Part shown: positions 8,051-17,315 of the stretch, in pieces
Numbering within the stretch: position 1 is the first letter of the stretch
How the letters are laid out: each line of letters starts with the position of its first letter
Assembly (NCBI GenBank): GCA_035627515.1
Contig: DASPLQ010000012.1
Location: 71,269 to 135,268 of the forward strand
Source of the DNA: Vitreimonas sp.
GTDB taxonomy: Bacteria > Patescibacteriota > Microgenomatia > UBA1400 > PJMF01
DNA length: 64,000 nt
Direction: 5' to 3'
The notes under the pieces: model-generated
Seen by the model: the letters and a program-made list of their open reading frames with translations, nothing else
Told to the model about the DNA's origin: nothing
Databases searched by the model: none
Program-made: the position numbers and the translations under genes

Positions 8051-10795
8051 CTAGGGACTAACACTGGGACTGGGCAACGCCACCGGACTTGCCGAAGGAC
8101 TCGGCGACGGGCTGGGTGAGGCGGAAGGTGACGGCTGTGGTGTTGGAGAAGGGCTCGGCGACGGCTCAGGTCGTTTCCACTCCTGACCACCGGTCCCAAT
8201 CCGTGAGCGATTACTCTCGACTTCTTTACCGTTTCTGCCTTTAGCTTTAGCATAGATTTCATGTTGGCCCGCTGAGAGTTTAATTGTTCCACGATAGGAA
8301 CGGTTATTAATGGTTTCTTTGAGGCTGCCATCTACCCAAATTTCAATTTTTTCAATGCCATCACCAGAGTCAGCGTCGATTGCCACTTCCACATCTTCAG
8401 TACTAAATGTGCGCTCATTTTCTGGTTTCACTAAGCGCACCGAGACGTCACTTTGTTCACCACAGTACTCAGTGGGAGGTTTATATTTATCATCAGTTTG
8501 TGCTCCCACCCAAGCATCAATACCTTGTTGCCACCGATTAATACCATCTTTGCTAACCGGGTCACTTTCTTTAAACACAAAGTAGTTTTTCTCGTCATAG
8601 TCAGCTGAGGCAATTTTGGCATCTGTTGCTAACTTATTTTCACCTTTACAGACTTTAAGCTTGGTATTAATAGGGTCGGGGAGTGCAGGCAAAGTGCCTT
8701 TGATAGCAATGTCTTTGCGACTGGGCAGATCATCATGAGCCGGGTAACCAGACACTGCATCCACAGTGACTTCTTCCACATTTTCCGGCCGCTCCCAATC
8801 AGGAGCTGAAAAACCATTCTTTAAGGCATGATCAATAATTTTACGCCAAATAGGTGAGGCACCGGTAATACCCGAGGCAACTCGCGTCATTTCACTGTTA
8901 TCGTTGTTACCCACCCAAACACCCACCATCACTTCCTGACTCCATCCAATCGTCCAGTTGTCACGACGATCATTAGTAGTACCGGTTTTGACGGCAATGG
9001 CTTTACCAGTATTGAGCAACGAGTTAGCGCCGAAGGCCAATAACCGTGCATTGTTGTCACTCAGGACATTGTTAATCAGATACGCTTCTTCCGGGGTGAT
9101 AACTTCGCGACCATCCACTGGGCGGTGTTCAAACAATAGTTTGCCATTACTATCTTCCACTTTCAAAATCGCTACCGGTTCTACTTTGCGGCCGCCATTG
9201 GCGAACGCACTGTAAGCGGTGACGGTATCAATTAAATGCACTTCACCACCACCTAACGTCACGGATAAGCCTAAGCGTCGTAAGTTCTCTTCGCTTGGCT
9301 CAAGGGTAGGGAAGCCCATGTCATAAGCCAGCTGTAAGAAATTTTCCACCCCCACGATGCCCACCCCTTTCACTGCCGGAATGTTGAGAGAGCTACCCAA
9401 GGCTGTGCGCAAATTGACGGGACCGTGAAACTTGCCATCGTAGTTTTTGGGGTTGTAAGGTTTTTCGACTTGGTTAGCGGCAAAGGTAGTTTCTACGTCC
9501 ATCAACATACTTGCTGGCGTATAACCCATCTTAAACAAACCTAAATAAGTCAGCGGCTTAATTGATGATCCAGGTTGACGCAAACCATCTGCTGCCACGT
9601 TATATTGGCCATCAATGTCTTCAGCAAAGTAATCCTTACTACCCACCATACTCAAAATTTCACCCGTTTTAGGGTTAGTGACCATGGCGGCACCGTTGGT
9701 GATATTAAACTCCAAGACTTTTTCAATTTCCTCAGCCACAATTTTTTGGGCCTCAGCATGGAGGGGAAGATCGAGAGTAGTGGTCACTTTTAAACCCCCT
9801 TTTTCAGTCAATTCTTCACCATACATCTCAATTAATTTATCGCGGACAAAAAATACAAAATGAGGGGCTTTAATCTCGGTTTTAGCGCGTTGAAAAACGA
9901 TGGTGTCAAGCTCACTGAGGGACTGTTCATATGCTAAGTCAGTAACATATCCATCTTCTTTCATCCGCCGTAGTACGCCTTTAGCACGCATCTTCCATAG
10001 TGGCTCACCATTTTCATCGCTTTTGCCGCTGTATGGTGAATAAGCTGAAGGCCGCTGCGGGAGACCAGCCAAGATGACTGACTCAGTCAGAGTCACTTGC
10101 GAAACGGGTTTATTAAAATAAATTTCTGAAGCAGTGCCAACCCCCCAGGCAGTACCGCCATAGGGAGCTTCATTGAGGTACATTTCTAAAATTTGATCTT
10201 TGGTAAAAGTTCTTTCAATTTGTAATGACAACACAAACTCGCGAAACTTGCGCGGTAAACTTCGTTCATTGGTCAGGAGCACATTTTTGACCAGCTGTTG
10301 AGTCAGGGTAGAGCCACCCACCACCCGCCGGCGCACAATTAAGTTATAAGGAATTCTGACAATAGTTAAGAAATCAAAACCTTGATGTTTATAAAAATCT
10401 TTATCTTCAGTAGCAATGGTCGCTTGTTTGAGCGTTTCCGGAATTTGATCGATAGTGACCGGCACCCGCCGTTCTTCATCAAATAAATCATAGAGAAGCT
10501 CGCCATTGCGATCATAAATCCGAGTACTGAAGCCATCGCGACGAACTACCTGACCAGGTTTAGGTAGATCGCGAGAGTACCAGGCAAATAAAATAAAAAA
10601 TAGCACAATGCCAAGGGCTACACACGCCATGGCGCCAATCGCCATCCACCAAAAAAATGTAATCATTTGCAAACGTTTCTCAGCCGGAGTCAGACGTTGA
10701 TATCGTGACCGACCACGACGAAAACGCGACTTCATCCATCTGAAGGGAGCAGTTAGAGTGTCTTGAATAGCACCAATATTGATTTCTAGTTCCAT
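8051..10795 (-). CDS. Class A penicillin-binding protein (transglycosylase plus transpeptidase) with C-terminal Ig-like domain and Pro-Ser-rich tail
   Basis: N-terminal TM helix. GT51 motifs ATIATEDKDFYKHQGFDF and RVVGGSTLTQQLVKN. Transpeptidase motifs SGSSIKP (SxxK) and KTGTTND (KTG). C-terminal PEPSPSPSPTPQPSPSASPSPSPSPSASP repeat. Confidence 0.85.
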   Translation of the reverse strand: MELEINIGAIQDTLTAPFRWMKSRFRRGRSRYQRLTPAEKRLQMITFFWWMAIGAMACVALGIVLFFILFAWYSRDLPKPGQVVRRDGFSTRIYDRNGELLYDLFDEERRVPVTIDQIPETLKQATIATEDKDFYKHQGFDFLTIVRIPYNLIVRRRVVGGSTLTQQLVKNVLLTNERSLPRKFREFVLSLQIERTFTKDQILEMYLNEAPYGGTAWGVGTASEIYFNKPVSQVTLTESVILAGLPQRPSAYSPYSGKSDENGEPLWKMRAKGVLRRMKEDGYVTDLAYEQSLSELDTIVFQRAKTEIKAPHFVFFVRDKLIEMYGEELTEKGGLKVTTTLDLPLHAEAQKIVAEEIEKVLEFNITNGAAMVTNPKTGEILSMVGSKDYFAEDIDGQYNVAADGLRQPGSSIKPLTYLGLFKMGYTPASMLMDVETTFAANQVEKPYNPKNYDGKFHGPVNLRTALGSSLNIPAVKGVGIVGVENFLQLAYDMGFPTLEPSEENLRRLGLSVTLGGGEVHLIDTVTAYSAFANGGRKVEPVAILKVEDSNGKLLFEHRPVDGREVITPEEAYLINNVLSDNNARLLAFGANSLLNTGKAIAVKTGTTNDRRDNWTIGWSQEVMVGVWVGNNDNSEMTRVASGITGASPIWRKIIDHALKNGFSAPDWERPENVEEVTVDAVSGYPAHDDLPSRKDIAIKGTLPALPDPINTKLKVCKGENKLATDAKIASADYDEKNYFVFKESDPVSKDGINRWQQGIDAWVGAQTDDKYKPPTEYCGEQSDVSVRLVKPENERTFSTEDVEVAIDADSGDGIEKIEIWVDGSLKETINNRSYRGTIKLSAGQHEIYAKAKGRNGKEVESNRSRIGTGGQEWKRPEPSPSPSPTPQPSPSASPSPSPSPSASPVALPSPSVSP

Positions 10796-10815
10796 GACCT
10801 AGACATTGTAGCAGG

Positions 10816-11073
10816 TTAATAAATGTCTTGAAATGTCGCAATTCGCAAGCAGTAAATATTTTGTGGCTGATAGGTGCAAAGAAGACGATAGCGAAGGTCA
10901 ATGTTAACGACTAAGGTTTGTTGGTAAGGAAAGCGAGAGACTCGGTGGGCAGGAAAGTGGGGTGCATATAATAACCACCCGAATGCTGGGATAATTTTCG
11001 CCTGTAAGGAAGGGCTCCTTTCTAACAGCTCTTTTAAGTCCTTTTGAAATTGCGTACTAAGAATTAATTTCAT
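10816..11073 (-). CDS. parE: Type II toxin ParE/RelE family
   Basis: 85 aa. Overlaps the upstream antitoxin gene by 17 nt. The C-terminal ...YCLRIATFQDIY resembles the ParE RVLHGARD tail. Confidence 0.55.
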   Translation of the reverse strand: MKLILSTQFQKDLKELLERSPSLQAKIIPAFGWLLYAPHFPAHRVSRFPYQQTLVVNIDLRYRLLCTYQPQNIYCLRIATFQDIY

Positions 11074-11296
11074 CGAGATACTCAGTGGTCTGTCTAAGGC
11101 TGTTGAGAGTTTTGATAGTGTGAGTTAGCTCTTCTTGTTTGGCCTGGTTTAGCCATGTTTCATGTTTTCGGTTAGTTAAAAATTGCCGTAAGGCGGTTCT
11201 AATAACATCACTAAAAGACACAAACTCGCCCTCCGAGACTAAACTCTCGGCTTCCTGTTTTAATTTGTTGGGAAGAGATACATTCACTGTGCTCAT
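11057..11296 (-). CDS. parD: Type II antitoxin ParD (ribbon-helix-helix)
   Basis: MSTVNVSLPNKLKQEAESLVSEGEFVSFSDVIRTALRQFL matches the ParD N-terminal RHH. A palindromic operator-like element overlaps its promoter. Confidence 0.65.
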   Translation of the reverse strand: MSTVNVSLPNKLKQEAESLVSEGEFVSFSDVIRTALRQFLTNRKHETWLNQAKQEELTHTIKTLNSLRQTTEYLDEINS

Positions 11297-11350
11297 ATTT
11301 TTTTGATTGTATGAATATTAGCAAAAATCATACAATGCACAAGAATGAGG
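11291..11350. repeat. ~60 bp duplicated block of the parD 5' region and operator; second copy at 32092-32150
   Basis: gctcatatttttttgattgtatgaatattagcaaaaatcatacaatgcacaag matches gctcatgtttttttgtttgtatgaatattggcaaaaatcatacaactgacacaa. Confidence 0.6.
11307..11335. repeat. Palindromic element family, copy 1: TTGTATGA-ATATTAGCAAAAA-TCATACAA, overlapping the parDE promoter
   Basis: 8 bp inverted arms around a 13 nt asymmetric core. The core gives TAATAT on the minus strand as a -10, and TTGTGC lies 16 nt upstream at 11337-11342. The copy sits 11-39 nt upstream of the parD ATG. Confidence 0.6.
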
Positions 11351-11609
11351 ATTTTTGAGTAGGTTGCTTCGTGCTTTCCTCGATAAGTTAGAGATCAAAA
11401 ACGTAATTTACAACAAGCTAACATTAAACTGAGGGCTGTTGAATTATCTAAGCACGCAACGAACAATTAATTCTTGCGCACCACATACGCATCTGCTATA
11501 TTTCCCGTCAGTATGGTTACTACCCTTACCTATCGCCATTTTACTTTTGATTGGACCGACGCGGTGGGGATTGGTGTTGCCTAATATTAATTTATAAATG
11601 CACAATCAA

Positions 11610-11632
11610 CCCCACCACCCGGTGGGGTTTTT
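11610..11632 (+). terminator. Putative intrinsic terminator hairpin (CCCCACC-ACCC-GGTGGGG plus a T-run)
   Basis: 7 bp GC-rich stem, 4 nt loop, then TTTTT. Sits on the plus strand in the parD-tyrS intergenic region; a tiny 24-codon ORF (11513-11587) precedes it. Confidence 0.4.
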
Positions 11633-11908
11633 GGTTGTGGAGAAAGGGACATATGTCCATCTGTAGACAAGAAGGTAATGGAGCACCACCACTGGCTGCT
11701 ATTAGTTACTTAAATAGAAATAAAGAACGAGTTTTTTCACAAAAACCAATTAATGAACAAAAGGCCCAACCCAAGCAAGTCAGTAGTGAAGACTGGGCCT
11801 TAATAGTAGGTATGGCCCAAGTGGTAAGAGAAAACAGAGGTGATCAAAGAAAAATGTCAGGAGTTGTGTATAGTCGAGATTAAAAAAAAGCTTATAATCA
11901 AAAAAGTT

Positions 11909-13111
11909 ATGCAATCCTCAGATTCATCTTCTTTACCACCGGTCCTCACCCGCGGAGTGAGTGAAGTGTTACCATCAGCTAAAACACTGGCAGACTTGAT
12001 GTCACAACGAAAAATTCGCGTCTACATCGGCATTGATCCCACGGGCGCATTTTTGACCTTGGGCCACTCAGTGGGTTTGCGTAAACTGCAACAATTTGCC
12101 GATTTGGGACATGATGTAATTTTGTTGATCGGCAACGGGACCGTCAAGATAGGTGACCCGACTGGCCGTGACACCACTCGACCAGTGTTAAGTGAGGAAC
12201 AAATTGAGGAAAACTTCAAACATTGGCAAGCACAAGCCAGCAAAGTTTTGGATTTTTCCAAAATTCGGGTTTTGCGCAATGGAGATTGGCTCGACAAATT
12301 AACGTACAGCGATATGGTTAAACTGATGGCTCAGACCACTGTGCAGCAATTAATCGAGCGCGACATGTTCCAAGAGCGTGTTAAAAAAGGCCTGCCTATT
12401 TTTGGACATGAAATTATGTATCCATTGTTACAAGGTTATGACAGTGTAGCCATGGATGTGGATTTGGAAATTGGGGGCACTGACCAAACCTTCAATATGA
12501 TGATGGGTCGCCATTTACAAAAAGTCTATAACAATCGTGAGAAATGGGTACTCAGCACACCCATCATTAATGGCACTGATGGTCGGAAAATGAGTAAATC
12601 CTATGGCAACTATGTGGCTCTCACTGACGAACCCAATGACATGTTTGGCAAACTAATGCGCATCACTGATGACATGATCATTGAGTACTTTACGCTCTTA
12701 ACTGATGTGTCCAGTGATGAGATTGCGGAGATGGACAAAGCCATAGCTGCCGGCGAAAATCCCATGACCTTCAAAAAGCGCTTAGCCTTCACCATTACCG
12801 AAATGTATCATGATACCGCCGCCGCTACCGCTGCCCAAGACTTTTTTGCTAAAGCTGTGCAGGAAAAGGAAGTGCCTGAAGATATTCCTACTGTCAACGT
12901 AAATGAGTCATCACTAACCATCTTAAGTTTAGTGAAAGCTTGTTTAGAAACTGAGAGTAATAGCAACCTCCGCCGGCTCATCGAACAAGGTGGCGTAGAA
13001 CTCTTACCGGCTGGCGAAAAACCTACCGATCCTAATCAAATCATCGACCTGCAAAGTGTAGAGGTCATCCGAGCTGGTAAACGAAAATATTTTAAAATTA
13101 ATCTCACTTAA
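11909..13111 (+). CDS. tyrS: Tyrosyl-tRNA synthetase
   Basis: HIGH-type motif region GIDPTGAFLTLGHSVG, KMSKS motif, and a C-terminal S4-like domain. The likely start is ATG 11909 (MQSSD...) rather than the longer ORF start at 11840. Confidence 0.85.
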   Translation: MQSSDSSSLPPVLTRGVSEVLPSAKTLADLMSQRKIRVYIGIDPTGAFLTLGHSVGLRKLQQFADLGHDVILLIGNGTVKIGDPTGRDTTRPVLSEEQIEENFKHWQAQASKVLDFSKIRVLRNGDWLDKLTYSDMVKLMAQTTVQQLIERDMFQERVKKGLPIFGHEIMYPLLQGYDSVAMDVDLEIGGTDQTFNMMMGRHLQKVYNNREKWVLSTPIINGTDGRKMSKSYGNYVALTDEPNDMFGKLMRITDDMIIEYFTLLTDVSSDEIAEMDKAIAAGENPMTFKKRLAFTITEMYHDTAAATAAQDFFAKAVQEKEVPEDIPTVNVNESSLTILSLVKACLETESNSNLRRLIEQGGVELLPAGEKPTDPNQIIDLQSVEVIRAGKRKYFKINLT

Positions 13112-13217
13112 CTTATTAATATGACAAAACGCACTCGCCAAATTATTATCAAAGTCTTCGCCATTACTACGATCATTTTCATGATTGCGGGCAGCGTCAT
13201 CAGCGCGTGGCTAGGAG

Positions 13218-14912
13218 TTAGTTACTAACTCGCTTCAAAAGTCGAAAATCTGCTGTTTCTAACACTGGCACATAATGAAGATCGATATAGCTGAAGAGCT
13301 CTGCTAATCGTTGTTTATCTAGGTCAGCTTCAGGTTCTACATACCCAGGTTTTTGTACCACTATATACGTGGTTTGCTCAGTCTCTAAATGAATAATCAT
13401 CCGCGTCTGGTCCTGGGCACGAAATGTTTCATGGTAAAAAAGTGTGTCAAAGCTACTACTCGGCATCTCTAAGATAAAGTTGATCAATGGGCAGTAGGGA
13501 AGACAAACGAGTGTTTCGTCAATATCACTATACTGCATTAAATAGGTTCGCAACTGAATAAAGTTTTCTTCCTCGCGGGGAGAAATATGTAAGCCTGTTA
13601 AGCTTGGAACTGCACTTTTCACCGTCTCTGGCAAACGATACACCCCAAAAAATAACGTGTACTCACGAACCGGACCAATTAAAAATGGCAGTGTGTAGAG
13701 GACTACCAAAGCTGCACAATTAAGGTTAATATGCCACTCTGCCCACGGTGTTTTTTGAAACCAATCTACCACCAATGGCAATAATAAAGGTGCGGTCAAA
13801 ATAATAGCTGCAGATTCATACCCCGAAGCAATCGAACCAAAATAAGTCATCAGTAATAAGCTGGCCCATGCCCATACTACATAATTTTTACTTCGGCTCC
13901 AAAAGCCTGTCAGCGCTACTGATACACAGGCCGTCAAAAAAACAACAGAGTGGTAATAAAAAAGTGATTGTCCAAGATAATCAAACAAGCGACCAATGCG
14001 CCGGGGATTATTACCCAAATAAAGAGTAATTACAGCCACAGCTATCAGTAGCAACCAAGCTCGGTACTGATTTTTTAGTCTCATGAATACTGCAGTTGCG
14101 GCAATAATCAGCACACTAAAAATCATGCGGTTGCGCAAAAAAGCTACGGCGTGAGCTTTGACGCTAACTGAAAACAAAAAGCAGTAATAGAGTAACTCAT
14201 CGAGTGCTCCTTGAGTGGCAAAGTAAACTCCTACCAGCACTAAAATAAAAATCACACCTCCCATCACCCAGATAGCATCAACTAAACTCTTTTTAAACTC
14301 TGCTAGTTGCCAACGATCATTGAAGGTTGGCTTACTTACTATCAGTGCCACTACTGCAGGCACTATCAACAAACCATAGGTTTGTTTACTGAGCATAACC
14401 AACGCTAAGGTTACACCCAACATAAATAACTGTAATCGACGGGCGCGTGGAGAAGTTGACTGATTCATCAATCTTAATAGCTGCAAAAGCGCGGCCATAA
14501 TAAACACCAATGCATACGTGTTGTAAAACGCAAATCCTCCCGGCCAAACCCACATTAAGGCAGTCCCAGACAAGACTAGTAACTGATTAAGCCGTGATAG
14601 TTTGAGATAAGGCGTTGAAATATAAACAAGCGTCAGCAGTAATAAAGTCATTACTACATAACTTACTCTCCCCACCAGAAAAACTTCACCAAATACTTTC
14701 ATCAACCCCGCTTGAAAGTAGTAACTGGCGGGGGCAATCGGGGTCATGAAATCACGGTAAGGAAGCTTGCCATCTAAAATCAGATGCGCATTATTAATCG
14801 CAAAACCTTCGTCGCGATAACTGAGAGCCTTATTAAACACGGGTAGCTGGAAAACTAAAAATAAAATGAGACTAAAAATCAAGGGTTGTGAAAGGAGAGT
14901 TCGGAAAGGCAT
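13218..14912 (-). CDS. GT-C glycosyltransferase, family 39 (PMT/ArnT-like)
   Basis: 564 aa with ~12 TM segments. First loop carries the DE motif (LSYRDEGFAINNAHLILDGKLPYRDF) typical of PMT/ArnT-family mannosyl- or arabinosyltransferases. Confidence 0.5.
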   Translation of the reverse strand: MPFRTLLSQPLIFSLILFLVFQLPVFNKALSYRDEGFAINNAHLILDGKLPYRDFMTPIAPASYYFQAGLMKVFGEVFLVGRVSYVVMTLLLLTLVYISTPYLKLSRLNQLLVLSGTALMWVWPGGFAFYNTYALVFIMAALLQLLRLMNQSTSPRARRLQLFMLGVTLALVMLSKQTYGLLIVPAVVALIVSKPTFNDRWQLAEFKKSLVDAIWVMGGVIFILVLVGVYFATQGALDELLYYCFLFSVSVKAHAVAFLRNRMIFSVLIIAATAVFMRLKNQYRAWLLLIAVAVITLYLGNNPRRIGRLFDYLGQSLFYYHSVVFLTACVSVALTGFWSRSKNYVVWAWASLLLMTYFGSIASGYESAAIILTAPLLLPLVVDWFQKTPWAEWHINLNCAALVVLYTLPFLIGPVREYTLFFGVYRLPETVKSAVPSLTGLHISPREEENFIQLRTYLMQYSDIDETLVCLPYCPLINFILEMPSSSFDTLFYHETFRAQDQTRMIIHLETEQTTYIVVQKPGYVEPEADLDKQRLAELFSYIDLHYVPVLETADFRLLKRVSN

Positions 14913-14971
14913 CGGTGGCGAGTATACGTCATTCTACGGTTGAGTAAAGGATCGTCAAGTATTATCGCTAT

Positions 14972-15046
14972 GACGTGGGCTCGGCAGGCGCTAGGCAGAG
15001 TTGATACCTCATGTCTACCGGGTTCAACTCCCGGCGGGTCCACGTC
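14972..15046 (+). ncRNA. tRNA-like structured element; possible tRNA 3'-half remnant inside a small RNA
   Basis: Canonical T-arm CCGGG-TTCAACT-CCCGG followed directly by an acceptor-like 3' strand CGGGTCC plus discriminator A. A 12 bp closing helix GACGTGGGCTCG/CGGGTCCACGTC is present, but no D or anticodon arm can be drawn. A long-range inverted repeat AGAGTTGATACCTC (14997-15010) / GAGGTATCAACTCT (15097-15110) brackets it, and an intrinsic terminator follows at 15121-15147. Confidence 0.35.
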
Positions 15047-15120
15047 AGATAAATTGATTTTGCGAAAATAAAATGATAAAATTAATGTATTGAGGTATCA
15101 ACTCTCTAGCACTGATTAAC

Positions 15121-15147
15121 AGCCACCTTCACCAGGTGGCTTTTTTG
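15121..15147 (+). terminator. Rho-independent terminator (AGCCACCT-TCACC-AGGTGGCT-TTTTTT)
   Basis: Perfect 8 bp stem, 5 nt loop and 6 T. It is plus-strand specific and ends a plus-strand transcript that can only start in the 14913-15120 intergenic region. Confidence 0.7.
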
Positions 15148-15195
15148 TCCCTGAACTTGTCCCACCTCACCTTCCTAGTGTACAGTGACACCAGC

Positions 15196-17229
15196 ATGTA
15201 TACGTTCGAAACACCACTGACACAAGTGACAGGCATCGGTACCAAACTGGCTACCGAGCTAAGTAAAAAAAATATCTTCACCGTCAAAGATTTAGTGCTG
15301 TTTGTGCCTCTCCGATATGAGGATAAATCGCATTTAGTCGAAATCGATACCGCCCCTATCAACGAATTAATCACGCTCCAAGCCCAGGTAGTCACCACCA
15401 GTAACTACTATAAAGGCCCTCGTTCAATTCAATCAGCCACCATTTCAGACGGGACAGGAAAATTAAAAGTGATGTGGTTTAATAACCGCTTTATTTTAGA
15501 TAAGTTGAAGCGGGGAGAGAGCTACTTTTTCAGTGGCAAAATCAATACCTATAAAACCTTAGTCCAACCCGCTGTAGAAGATGTCAAAGCGGAGACGCTC
15601 CATACCAACCGCCTGGTGCCGTTGTATTCGAGTGTATTGAACTTTAAACAAGGCAGCATTCGCCGCATCTTGAAACACATTTTGGATGGCTTGAACATTG
15701 CCGATACCGAAGTAGAAGCTGCACTCCAGAACTTAGCTCTGACTCATTTTCCTCAGCTAGCTCCTACGCTCAAACAACTTCATTTTCCTGACTCCGAAAA
15801 TACAATCGCCCCTGCCCGGGAGCGGCTCGCGCTCGAAGAACTTTTGGGCTTGATGAAAAAATCGTTTGCGATTAAAGAAACCTGGAAACAAGATAAACAT
15901 GCGCCCGCAATCACTGTCAAACTAGGGGAGCGAGTGATTCCGGCTTCAGTTCCCTTTGAGTTAACCGCAGCCCAGTATCGAGTGGTGGGGGAAATCATGG
16001 CCGATATTGCCCAAACCACACCGATGAATCGATTGTTAGTAGGTGACGTGGGCTCGGGAAAAACGGTGGTGGCTGGTGTGGCAGGTTTGCACACCCTTCA
16101 AGCTGGCTATAACGTGGGCTTAGTGGCCCCGACGCGCATTTTGGCTGAACAACACGCAGAAACTCTGACGAAACTATTTCCCAATCTAAACATCGAGCTG
16201 GTGCTAGCTGCCAGAAAAATTTCTGCTAACTCTAAAAAAGTAGCCGCTCCCACAGCGACTACGCCTACGTTTTATGTGGGCACGCACGCTTTAATTAACC
16301 GCTTCCCTCAGCTTAAGCCCGGCTTAATCATTTATGACGAACAACATCGCTTTGGGGTTGCACAACGCTCGGCTGCTGATCAACTCCTCCAACCACATCC
16401 CCACATCTTGACCATGTCTGCCACGCCCATTCCGCGTAGTTTGATGTTAACAATCTTTTCTCACTTATCACTGAGTGTGATTGATGAAATGCCGCGTGGT
16501 CGCCAACCTATTAAAACGTGGGTGGTGCCAGAAAGTAAACGCACCAGTTCCTATCAATGGATGGCTACTGAAATACAGCAACAGCATTCACAGGTGTTAG
16601 TGGTCTGTCCGTTTATTGATCCGTCTCATTCACAGGCTTTGGAAAATGTGGCGGCGGTGACTGAACGCTTCGAAGCTATTAAAACGTTTTTCGCCCACCA
16701 AGATAAAGCGGTGCGGGTAGAGTTGCTGCATGGCCGGATGAGTAAGGCCACTCAAAGTGAGATTACGGAGCGGCTGTATCAGCGCCAAATTGATGTCCTT
16801 GTTACCACCCCGATTGTGGAGGTAGGAGTTGATTTGCCGGCAGCTAGCGTCATCGTCATCGAGGCCGCGGAGCGGTTCGGTTTAGCCAGCTTGCATCAAC
16901 TGCGCGGCCGGGTGGGGAGGGCTGGGCAGCAAGGTTATTGTTTACTGTTCAGTACTTCAAAGTCAGAGAGTGCCCAAGAACGCCTCCAAAAGTTCTGTAC
17001 TACTACCAATGGCGCCGAGTTGGCTGAACTCGATTTACATAATCGCGGAGCAGGAGATATTTTTGGGACTCAGCAACATGGCTTCGAACAACTGCAGTTT
17101 GCCAGCTGGACTAATGCGGAGTTAATTGCCCAAGCCCGACAGGTTTTTGAGTACGTCAATCAGCAGCCTACCTGGCAGCCATTATTACTTACCACCGAGA
17201 GTGATGACCAGGCACCACTGGCTAATTAG
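15196..17229 (+). CDS. recG: ATP-dependent DNA helicase RecG
   Basis: Wedge-domain N-terminus. Walker A LVGDVGSGKTVVA, DEQHRFGV box, and helicase C motifs HQLRGRVGR. Likely start at ATG 15196 (MYTFETPL...). Confidence 0.85.
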   Translation: MYTFETPLTQVTGIGTKLATELSKKNIFTVKDLVLFVPLRYEDKSHLVEIDTAPINELITLQAQVVTTSNYYKGPRSIQSATISDGTGKLKVMWFNNRFILDKLKRGESYFFSGKINTYKTLVQPAVEDVKAETLHTNRLVPLYSSVLNFKQGSIRRILKHILDGLNIADTEVEAALQNLALTHFPQLAPTLKQLHFPDSENTIAPARERLALEELLGLMKKSFAIKETWKQDKHAPAITVKLGERVIPASVPFELTAAQYRVVGEIMADIAQTTPMNRLLVGDVGSGKTVVAGVAGLHTLQAGYNVGLVAPTRILAEQHAETLTKLFPNLNIELVLAARKISANSKKVAAPTATTPTFYVGTHALINRFPQLKPGLIIYDEQHRFGVAQRSAADQLLQPHPHILTMSATPIPRSLMLTIFSHLSLSVIDEMPRGRQPIKTWVVPESKRTSSYQWMATEIQQQHSQVLVVCPFIDPSHSQALENVAAVTERFEAIKTFFAHQDKAVRVELLHGRMSKATQSEITERLYQRQIDVLVTTPIVEVGVDLPAASVIVIEAAERFGLASLHQLRGRVGRAGQQGYCLLFSTSKSESAQERLQKFCTTTNGAELAELDLHNRGAGDIFGTQQHGFEQLQFASWTNAELIAQARQVFEYVNQQPTWQPLLLTTESDDQAPLAN

Positions 17230-17315
17230 CCTGGTAATTGTCTTTCCACTCAAGACACGGTACAATACCTGTCTGTCAAAAGACTGAACTCACGCTCAAA
17301 CATCAAAGGAGACTT

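Noticed and set aside
11551-11883. 110 aa ORF upstream of tyrS
   Set aside because: It runs straight through an intrinsic terminator hairpin and into the tyrS 5' region. It is Cys/Trp-rich nonsense (MDRRGGDWCCLILIYKC...) with no RBS context. I read it as non-coding leader.
11300-11908. Possible T-box riboswitch leader for tyrS
   Set aside because: A terminator hairpin is present, but it lies ~270 nt upstream of the start codon. The T-box consensus AGGGUGGNACCGCG is not present; only a loose GACCGACGCGGTGGGG was found.
14972-15046. Intact tRNA gene
   Set aside because: Only the T arm and acceptor 3' strand are canonical. No D or anticodon arm could be drawn with either candidate acceptor pairing. 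It is kept as a tRNA-like fragment or ncRNA candidate instead.
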